In this document: piece after piece, positions 8,702 through 15,891 of the stretch
How the letters are laid out: each line of letters starts with the position of its first letter
How positions within the stretch are numbered: the first letter of the stretch is position 1
NCBI GenBank assembly: GCA_003009755.1
Contig: PXUB01000035.1
Location: forward strand, 1-27,354
DNA: 27,354 nucleotides
DNA from: Thermoplasmatales archaeon SW_10_69_26
GTDB lineage: Archaea; Thermoplasmatota; SW-10-69-26
Reading direction: 5' to 3'
Made by a program: the position numbers and the translations under genes
The notes under the pieces: model-generated
What the model saw: only the letters and a program-made list of their open reading frames with translations
Database searches by the model: none
What the model was told of the DNA's origin: nothing

Positions 8702-9892
8702 TCAGTCGCCAGTGGGCACGACGACGTCCAGGCCGCGCTCGGTGTCGCCGCTGAACAGGTATCCGTTGTGGTAGCGGGTCTCCCAGTTGTCGCCCACGGG
8801 CAGCGCGTCGTCGAGGATCTCGGGGTTGCGGACGTCGGCGAAGTCGACGAGCACGGAGCCGGCAGCCCGCCAGCCGACGACGATCTTGTCCTGGCCGGGC
8901 AGGATCTCGCCGAAGTGCGCCGTGCAGGGGGCCGGCGGCGTGTTGTCGGCCGGGACCGGCGGTGCCACCCAACTGATCGGGACCGGCGTGGTGGGGTCGG
9001 ACACGTCGTAGAACCAGATCGCGCCCACCGGGTCGCTGGTCGTGCGCTCGAGACCCGGCGTATCCACTCCGGCCAGGCAGCCGGCGGCCGCGTCGGTCGA
9101 GCCGGCGAACTCGTCGCCGATGATCAACGTCTCGCCGTCCTCGGTCACGGTCGCCCAGTGCTGGATCTGCATCGAAGGGTTGTGGATGCGGGAGACGATC
9201 TGGGGGTCGAGGGGATCGGTGATGTCCCAGATCTGCGTCTCAGCGTGGGCCGGGCAATACGCCGTCTCGGCCTCGGGGCCGAAGCTCACGTCGTGGCAGG
9301 CCAGCTGCTCGCGCGTGTCGACGACCTCGGGGTTGGCGGGGTCCGAGACGTCGACGATGTCGACGACCTGGTCGCCGGTGCTGCGGGCGCTGTAAACGAT
9401 GTCCGTGCCGGGGACCTGGCCGACGTTGTGGACGAGGGCGTCGGTGAGGGCCTCGCCCACGATCTCGGGGGTGCGGGGATCGGTGACGTCGGCGAACAGC
9501 ATGCCGTCGCCGTTGGTGGCCAGCACGGCGATCGTGCGGTTGTCCTGAAAGACGAGGTCGACGTCGCGGGTGTACCGGCCGGTGATGTTACCGAGGACCT
9601 GGGGGTCCTCGGGCGTGCTGACGTCGACGACGTGGAACCCGCTGTTCTGGCCGCTGACGTAGGCGTGGTCGCCGTGGAGGTCGAGCCCGGCGCCGGCCTC
9701 GACGTTCTCGACGTGGGCCAGCGGCTCGAGCCCGGTGACGTCCTCGGGCAGCGGGCGGGCCCAGTCCTCGCTGGCGTTGGCCTCGGAGGCGGCGTCGGCG
9801 GCCTCCTCGATCGGCTCCTCGCTCCCGAGGCAGCCGGCGGCGACCAGCGCCAGGCAGGCGAGCCCGATCCAGGCGAGCTGGGACCGATCCAT
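8702..9892 (-). CDS. LVIVD-repeat beta-propeller lipoprotein, copy B
   Basis: Lipobox AAGC; VVDVSTPEDP and IVDVSDPANP repeats; VHN, CHD, QHW, CTAHFG. Confidence 0.85.
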   Translation of the reverse strand: MDRSQLAWIGLACLALVAAGCLGSEEPIEEAADAASEANASEDWARPLPEDVTGLEPLAHVENVEAGAGLDLHGDHAYVSGQNSGFHVVDVSTPEDPQVLGNITGRYTRDVDLVFQDNRTIAVLATNGDGMLFADVTDPRTPEIVGEALTDALVHNVGQVPGTDIVYSARSTGDQVVDIVDVSDPANPEVVDTREQLACHDVSFGPEAETAYCPAHAETQIWDITDPLDPQIVSRIHNPSMQIQHWATVTEDGETLIIGDEFAGSTDAAAGCLAGVDTPGLERTTSDPVGAIWFYDVSDPTTPVPISWVAPPVPADNTPPAPCTAHFGEILPGQDKIVVGWRAAGSVLVDFADVRNPEILDDALPVGDNWETRYHNGYLFSGDTERGLDVVVPTGD

Positions 9893-9894
9893 CG

Positions 9895-11112
9895 CTAGCT
9901 CCCCGTGGGGACGAAGACGTCCATGCCGCGGTCGGTGTCACCGCTGAAGACGTACCCGTTGTGGTAGCGGGTCTCCCAGTTGTCGCCGACCGGGGTCACG
10001 TGGTCGACGAGCTCGGGCGCGGACGGATCGGAGAAGTCGACGACGTAGGTGCCGGCGGCCCGCCATCCGATCACCATCTTGTCCTGGTTGGGGAGGATCT
10101 CGCCGAAGTGCGCCGTGCAGGGCGTCGGCGGGACGTTGTTGGCGGGCAGCTCGGGCGCGACCCATCCGAGCGGGACCGGTTGGCTCTCGTCGCTGATGTC
10201 GTAGAACCAGACGGCCCCGTAGGGATCGGAGACGGTGTGGTCGTCGGTCGGGTTGTCGGCGGTCGCGTAGCAGCCGGCGGCGGCGTCGGTGCTGCCGCCG
10301 AACTCGTCGCCGATCACGAGCAGGTCGCCGCCGTTGGTGACCGTGGCCCAGTGGTGGACGTGCATGAACGGGTTGTAGATGCGGGTGAGTACGTCGGGGT
10401 CCTCGGGATCGGAGATGTCCCAGATCTGGGTTTCGCGGACGCCGGCGCAGTAGGCGCGGTCGTCCTCCGCGGAGAACGTGATGTCGTGGCAGGTGAGGTC
10501 GTTGAACGTCGCCACGTGCTCGGGGTCGTCCGGGTTGGAGGCGTTCACGATGTCGACGCCGGGCGTGTCCACCGACCGCGAGTTGTAGACGAGGTCCGTG
10601 CCGGGCACGACGTTGGCGTTGTGGACGTTGCCCTCGCCGCCGCCGAGCGCCTCGCCGACGACCTCGGGCTGGGTGGGCTCGGTCACGTCGATGAACACCA
10701 TCCCGCCTCCACTGGCGGCGGTGACGACGACGCTTCGGTTCCCGTCGTGGAGCATCTCGACGTCGCGCGTGAACTGGTCCTTGATCTCGCCGACGACCTC
10801 CGGCTCGTTCGGTGTGGTCAGGTCGACCACGTAGAACCCCGTGTTCTGGCCGCTGACGTAGGCGTAGTCGCCTTCGGTCCAGAGACCGCCGGCCGCTTCG
10901 ACGTCCTCGACCTGGGTCAGGTGCTCGATGCCGGTGACGTCGTCCGGCAACGGGCGGGCCCAGTCCTCGGCCTCGTCGGCGGCTTCGCTGTCGGGCGTGC
11001 TGGCGGTCTCGGCGCTTTGCCCTGCGTCACCGATGCAGCCGGCCAGGACGGGTGTGGTCAGCAGCAGAGCGAGCGCGATCGCGACCCCCGGAGCCGTGGG
11101 CTTGCCTCCCAT
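9895..11112 (-). CDS. LVIVD-repeat beta-propeller lipoprotein, copy C
   Basis: ATG at 11112 (MGGKPT...LAGC) with CTTTA about 30 nt upstream; same repeats and His motifs; stop codon 2 nt from the copy B start. Confidence 0.85.
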   Translation of the reverse strand: MGGKPTAPGVAIALALLLTTPVLAGCIGDAGQSAETASTPDSEAADEAEDWARPLPDDVTGIEHLTQVEDVEAAGGLWTEGDYAYVSGQNTGFYVVDLTTPNEPEVVGEIKDQFTRDVEMLHDGNRSVVVTAASGGGMVFIDVTEPTQPEVVGEALGGGEGNVHNANVVPGTDLVYNSRSVDTPGVDIVNASNPDDPEHVATFNDLTCHDITFSAEDDRAYCAGVRETQIWDISDPEDPDVLTRIYNPFMHVHHWATVTNGGDLLVIGDEFGGSTDAAAGCYATADNPTDDHTVSDPYGAVWFYDISDESQPVPLGWVAPELPANNVPPTPCTAHFGEILPNQDKMVIGWRAAGTYVVDFSDPSAPELVDHVTPVGDNWETRYHNGYVFSGDTDRGMDVFVPTGS

Positions 11113-11169
11113 GGTAGCGGGGAGCCGGCCTCGCAGGACTAAAGGTTTGTGGGGGACGCGGCGGGCGTG

Positions 11170-11270
11170 GAGGGCACAGAGGGGGTAGAGGACGCAGAGA
11201 GCCACCCACAGAGACACAGAGGACACGGAGAACACACAGAGAGGAAGGAAGGGCGATGGGAGGGGAAGAG
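11170..11270. repeat. Left arm of the ~100-bp inverted repeat around the GxxExxY gene (CACAGAG/CACGGAG 8-9-mer units)
   Basis: gagggcacagag...ccacagagacacagaggacacggagaacacacagagaggaagga...gaggggaagag aligns with the reverse complement of 11931-12031. Confidence 0.85.
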
Positions 11271-11290
11271 GGAGGTAGTTGGGGGAGAGA

Positions 11291-11871
11291 TCAACGGGCC
11301 AGTCGATGGAGGCCCTCGACCAGCGTCTGGCGGTGGAAGTTGACGATGAGACCGAGGGGGAACTCTCCCTTGCTGAGGTAGGTGAGCAGCTGGGCTCGAT
11401 GGACCGGTTGGACCTCGCTGACGGCTTTGATCTCGACGACGACCCGCCCCCCGACAAGCAGGTCGAGCCGGTAGGAGGCTGACAGCTGTTCGCCTCGATA
11501 GCGCAAGGGCGGGGTTCTGTAGCTGTCTCAGCCAGACGGAGTCTATTTGATCTCCAAGGCCTCTAGCGGCTATATCCGGCCCCTTCATCGCTTCAGCCGT
11601 CACGATCGCTTCGAGCGACAAAAGTCCGTGGTGGAGGGCCTTGTTGTCGCTAGTTCCTCTCCCAACTGAGACACGTTTAGAACCTCGGCGCAAGGGTAGG
11701 TGGACCTGGGACCGGCAGCCGATTCCCTCGTCGGTCGAGCTCCGCCGAGAGCGCCTCCTCGCAGGCGCGCTCGAGGAGCCCAGGCCCGAGGCGGTCGTGG
11801 ACCTCGACCGCTGCACCGATGACGTCGTCAGTGACCTCGCTGAGTTTCGCGGGCGGCTCCTCATCCACCAC
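11291..11871 (-). pseudogene. GxxExxY protein (predicted PD-(D/E)xK nuclease), disrupted
   Basis: N-half VIGAAVEVHDRLGPGLLERACEEAL; C-half YRLDLLVGGRVVVEIKAV...HRAQLLTYL...GLIVNF. One extra base in the C run at 11725-11727 and an insertion at 11510-11687; removing both restores ...GIGCRSQVHLPLRYRGEQL... Confidence 0.9.
11510..11687. mobile_element. 178-bp MITE (non-autonomous insertion)
   Basis: Perfect 9-bp direct repeat GCGCAAGGG at 11501-11509 and 11688-11696; 22-bp terminal inverted repeats matching at 17/22 (11510-11531 vs 11666-11687); lower GC than the flanks. Confidence 0.9.
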
Positions 11872-11930
11872 CGACGAGTTGCCCCTCCAGCTCTTGAAGG
11901 CTCTCCGGGAGCTCTACGCGCTCCCGTATG

Positions 11931-12031
11931 CTCTCCCCTCGATTGCCCCCTCCTTCCCTCTGTGCATTCTCTGTGCTCTCTGTGCCTCTGTGGTTGGCTT
12001 CTCTGTGCCCTCCGCGAGGCTCCGTGCCCTC
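11931..12031. repeat. Right arm of the ~100-bp inverted repeat around the GxxExxY gene
   Basis: ctctcccctc...tccttccctctgtgcattctctgtgctctctgtgcctctgtggttggcttctctgtgccctcc...ctccgtgccctc; inverted counterpart of 11170-11270. Confidence 0.85.
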
Positions 12032-13232
12032 ACAACCCACTGATGGGCGTCGGGATGAACGTGATCACGATCAACAGCAGCGTCGCGATGGCGAGGATGC
12101 TGCGTTTCTTGTCCAACGGCGTGACGCTGTTGAGCGTCGGCGGGTGCTTGGCGCCGATGAACAGGATCAAGATCGCGAACACGAGCCAGCCGCCGTACCC
12201 GGTGATCCACTGGTCGGGCGAGAACGGCGGGATGCCGAGCCCGAGCAGGATGAGGCCGCCGAGGGCGACGTAGGACAGCGTGCGGGCGTGCTCGTCGAGG
12301 AGCGCGCTGGCGACGTGGCCGCCGTCGAGCTGGCCGCTGGGGATCAGGTTGATGCCGGTGACGAGCAGACCGACCCAGCCGGCCATCGCCACGGGGTGGA
12401 TGATCGCGTCCCCGGGGATGGCGAAGGGCCAGGCCAGCGCGTCGTACAGCAACGGCGTACCGAGCATGACGGTACCGCCGGCGCCGGCGGTCGTGACGGG
12501 GTCCTGGCTCATCAAGAACCCCCCCAACAGGACGGTCGGGATGGCGACGACGAGCCCAGCGAGGGGTCCGCTGGCGCCGATGTCGAACAAGGCCTTCTTC
12601 GAGGGGATCGGCTCCCGCAACGAGATGAAGGCGCCCAGCGTCCCGATGTTGACGGCGAAGATCGGCGGTAACGGGATGAAGTAGGGGAACGAGGGCGTGA
12701 GGCCGTGCTTGCGGCCGGCGAGGTAGTGGCCGGACTCGTGCACGCCCAGGATGAGCATGAGCGGAAGCGCGAACTGCAGGAGGCCGCCGAGCAGGAAGCT
12801 GGTGCCGGTCAACGGCAGCAGCGCGCTCTGAGCGCCGTAGCACTCGTAGCAGAACCCGGGGTTCTGGTAGCCGAACACGGCGAGCGCACCGGCCAGCGTC
12901 GTCGTGACCCACGTCGCCAGGAACAGCGCCCAGTTCACCCATTCCCGTCGGTCGGGGCTGCGGGGCTGAGGGAAGACATTGAGGATGCGTTCGCCGCCCT
13001 CTTCACGGATCGAGGCGGCGTAGCCGTGGGTCTCGGCTTGCGCGAGCACGGCGTCGAAACGGTCCTCGATCTCGCCTTTCTCCTCGTGTACGAAGTAGGT
13101 GCCGATCGGACGGTCCTCGTGGGCTTCGTAGGGGGAGAAGTGCTCGCGGACGGCGTCCTGGATCTCCTCGGGCACACCCTTGTGCCGGGGGGCGTCGACG
13201 CGATCCTGGAGCCATTCGGGGGGAGTGGCCAC
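12030..13232 (-). CDS. Site-2 protease (M50 intramembrane metalloprotease)
   Basis: HESGH zinc motif, FDIGASGPLAG, NLIPSGQLDGGH; GTG start inferred from CTTTTCA about 26-30 nt upstream. Confidence 0.92.
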   Translation of the reverse strand: MATPPEWLQDRVDAPRHKGVPEEIQDAVREHFSPYEAHEDRPIGTYFVHEEKGEIEDRFDAVLAQAETHGYAASIREEGGERILNVFPQPRSPDRREWVNWALFLATWVTTTLAGALAVFGYQNPGFCYECYGAQSALLPLTGTSFLLGGLLQFALPLMLILGVHESGHYLAGRKHGLTPSFPYFIPLPPIFAVNIGTLGAFISLREPIPSKKALFDIGASGPLAGLVVAIPTVLLGGFLMSQDPVTTAGAGGTVMLGTPLLYDALAWPFAIPGDAIIHPVAMAGWVGLLVTGINLIPSGQLDGGHVASALLDEHARTLSYVALGGLILLGLGIPPFSPDQWITGYGGWLVFAILILFIGAKHPPTLNSVTPLDKKRSILAIATLLLIVITFIPTPISGL

Positions 13233-13408
13233 CGAGGCCGGCCACCCGCAGGCCCCGTGAAAAGCGTGTCGGCTCGGCAGGCGCTCGCCGCGACCCGACC
13301 GCCGGTGGGACATCCAACGCCACCCGACCGTCTCCGAGATAAGTGAGGTGGCTTGATCGCCAAGTTCACCGACGAACCGCCGGTTGCGGGTCGCGGGTCG
13401 GTCTCCGG

Positions 13409-13846
13409 CTAAAATGAGAACGGGTTCACAGGCTTGGCGAGACGGTCGAGGTCGCCGACAACGTCGAAGCCAGGCTCGAAGCTGTCGATGTAACGGATCT
13501 CCTGCCTGCGAGCCTGCACGACCTGCATCGCGTCGACAAGGGACAGGACGTCGATGCGACGGAAGGTGTCGCGACCGTGCTCCCAATCGGCCTTGACGTG
13601 GTTGGCTAGCTCGAAACTGGGGCTGGCTTCGAGGCGCGAGAGGAGGTCCTCGGCTTTGTGTGCTCCGAGGTCGCGTTGGACGCCGTTGATCGTCTCGACG
13701 AGAGCGACGCCGGGAACGACGAGCTGGGGAAGCTCACCTGCGTCGGTCCTCCTGACGATGGAAAGGCCGGTCTGGTGTCGAGCTCGCTCCGCCCGGTTTG
13801 CGGCAGCATAGAGTACCGTCGTATCCACCAGTGCCTGCTGTGCCAC
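13409..13846 (-). CDS. vapC: PIN-domain (VapC-type) toxin
   Basis: GTG after GGAGG; ALVDTTVLYAA, LVETIN, LSLVDA, SFEPGFD; C-terminal PVNPF as in haloarchaeal-type PIN proteins. Confidence 0.85.
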   Translation of the reverse strand: MAQQALVDTTVLYAAANRAERARHQTGLSIVRRTDAGELPQLVVPGVALVETINGVQRDLGAHKAEDLLSRLEASPSFELANHVKADWEHGRDTFRRIDVLSLVDAMQVVQARRQEIRYIDSFEPGFDVVGDLDRLAKPVNPFSF

Positions 13847-13849
13847 ACT

Positions 13850-14092
13850 CTGTCCTCCGCACTCGCTCGATCGAGACCGAAACGATGGTCTCCTCGACGA
13901 CGTCCACGCCTGCCTCTGAGGAGCCGGGTTCGAAGTCCTCGAAGACGCCCGCTTCTTGCCGGACGACGGATACCTCGATTCGGTCTCCGAGGACTCGCCA
14001 GCGGAGGACATCTCCGTCCTCGATGTCGAGATCGTGGTGAACCACGGCGGCTCGATCGAGGCCGTCCCCTCGGAGGCCGAGGGTGCGCGCAT
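13850..14092 (-). pseudogene. AbrB/MazE-type antitoxin, apparently frameshifted
   Basis: Core HHDLDIEDGDVLRWRV...VSVVRQEAGVFEDFEPG directly upstream of the PIN gene; the plausible N-terminus (MRAPSASEGTASI) and C-terminus (DHRFGLD) lie in other frames. Confidence 0.7.
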
Positions 14093-14183
14093 CGTCGTCG
14101 AACGTCCGCTGTGAGCGCCTCGACCAAGCGTTCGCCAGGAAGGCTTTTCAACCGCCGGCCTCGCTGGTCTGTTAGGGAGTCCC

Positions 14184-15890
14184 ATGTCGGAGGTCAAGGT
14201 CGCCTTGCTCGCCGTCGCGATGCTCACGATGGGTCTGTCCGGGTGCATCGGGACCGGCGAGGATCTCGAGGAGCAACGCGTCGACGACGTCGGGGAGGAC
14301 GCCGTCGACAGCACGAACGGATGGAGCACGCCGACCGAGCCGCGGCGGTACGAGATCCTGCCGGGCATCGAGGCGTCGTTCACCAGCTTCGACGACACGG
14401 AGATCTCGGTGGGCGTCTTCTTGCCCGACAAACCGGCGTGCGACTGGAACGCCAGCGAGCAGCCCGAGGAGTGCCAGCTGCCGGTCGTGATCGACGCCGG
14501 CCCCTACTGGGGTGACGGCGAGGAGGACAAAAGCTTCCGTCCACCGCTCGTCGAGTGGCTGGTGCCCCGCGGGTACGCCGTGCTGCACATGAGCGTGCGC
14601 GGTACCGGTGAATCCGGCGGCTGCATGGAGTTCATGAGCCAGGCCGAGCAGGCCGACGTCGACGAGACGATCACCTGGGCCGCCAAGCAGGCCTGGAGCA
14701 ACGGCAACGTCGGCATGATGGGCCGCAGCTACGACGGCACCACGCCCCTGATGGGCGCCGCCAGCGGCAACGAGAACCTGGAGACGATCGTCCCCATCAG
14801 CGGCGTGTTCAGCGTTCCCGACCTCATGTTCAAGAACGGCACCAGCGAGACCCGCGGCCCCATCATGCACAGCGTCGTCTACTGGGGCCTGTTCGGGATG
14901 GGCGCCATCTACGGTGCCGAGGCAGCCGACTTCCGCGCCGAGCACTGGGCCGAGCAAGCCTGCGAGGAGGTCGTCGTCGGCCAAGCCCAAGGCGGCTACG
15001 CCACCGCGACCGGCGACGCCAGCGACGAGTACTGGCAGGTGCGCGACTTCACGGAACCGATCCTCGAGAACTACAACGGGTCCGTGTGGGTCGTCCACGG
15101 GATGCAGGACTGGAACGTGAATCCCAGCCAGGCGATCCCGTTCTACCAGGCGATGGAGGAGGATCCGGACATCGAGACGAAGGCCTGGTTCGGCCAGTGG
15201 GACCACGCCTACCCCGACCGCGTCGACGAGCACCGCAACGTCCGCTGGGACTGGGCCGACAGGACCCTGGCCTGGTTCGACCACTACCTCAAGGAGGACG
15301 AGCAGGCGCCCACGCCCGATCTGACCGTCGAGGTCGAGGACTCCCTGTACGTGTGGCGCACCGAGGACACCTACCCGCCCGAGGACGCCGAGCCGACCAC
15401 GCACGAGACCGACCTCAGCGGGACGGTGGCCGCCAACAACGCGGTGTCGTGGACCAGCGAACCGCTGGACGAGAACGTGCGCGTGGCGGGCCTACCGAGC
15501 GTGGAGGTCACGGCCACCCCGACGACGACCGAGGGCGGCTGGGTGTTCGCCGAGCTGTACGACGTCTACCCCGACGGCGTCAGCATGCGCGTCGGCTGGG
15601 GCGCCCTGAACCTGGCCTACCACGAAGGCGGCAACACCGACCCGGCCACGCTCACGCCCGGCCAACCGATCGAGACCGAGATCACGTTCGAACCGATGGA
15701 CGCCCACATCGGCGAGGACCACCGCCTGCGGTTGGTGCTCCACAAGGACGGCGTCGAGGACATCCCCCAAAGCCCCGACCCGTCGCCGGTCACCGTCGAC
15801 GACGTGAACCTCGTCATGCCGCAGATCGACCGCGACGAGACCCTGGCCGAGCCGACCCCGCCCGGGCTGAACGACATGGAGGTCCGCTGA
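14184..15890 (+). CDS. CocE/NonD-family (S15, X-Pro dipeptidyl-peptidase-like) serine hydrolase lipoprotein, copy 1
   Basis: Lipobox LSGC; GPY, RGTGESGG, WSNGNVGMMGRSYDG nucleophile elbow, HGMQDWNV, GQWDH. Confidence 0.9.
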   Translation: MSEVKVALLAVAMLTMGLSGCIGTGEDLEEQRVDDVGEDAVDSTNGWSTPTEPRRYEILPGIEASFTSFDDTEISVGVFLPDKPACDWNASEQPEECQLPVVIDAGPYWGDGEEDKSFRPPLVEWLVPRGYAVLHMSVRGTGESGGCMEFMSQAEQADVDETITWAAKQAWSNGNVGMMGRSYDGTTPLMGAASGNENLETIVPISGVFSVPDLMFKNGTSETRGPIMHSVVYWGLFGMGAIYGAEAADFRAEHWAEQACEEVVVGQAQGGYATATGDASDEYWQVRDFTEPILENYNGSVWVVHGMQDWNVNPSQAIPFYQAMEEDPDIETKAWFGQWDHAYPDRVDEHRNVRWDWADRTLAWFDHYLKEDEQAPTPDLTVEVEDSLYVWRTEDTYPPEDAEPTTHETDLSGTVAANNAVSWTSEPLDENVRVAGLPSVEVTATPTTTEGGWVFAELYDVYPDGVSMRVGWGALNLAYHEGGNTDPATLTPGQPIETEITFEPMDAHIGEDHRLRLVLHKDGVEDIPQSPDPSPVTVDDVNLVMPQIDRDETLAEPTPPGLNDMEVR

Positions 15891-15891
15891 C

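Noticed and set aside
9895-11457. 520-aa version of LVIVD copy C with a long hydrophobic N-terminal extension
   Set aside because: The extension (LCVFSVSSVSLWVALC) is just the translated repeat arm; the signal peptide and TATA-like box support the ATG at 11112.
11170-12031. CACAGAG arrays as a CRISPR array or simple microsatellite
   Set aside because: Units are 8-9 nt with no unique spacers and no cas genes nearby; the inverted arrangement around a gene argues against plain slippage repeats.
13409-14431. 340-aa fused antitoxin-toxin ORF
   Set aside because: The antitoxin core is in a different frame and the PIN gene has its own GGAGG/GTG start; the open frame is incidental.
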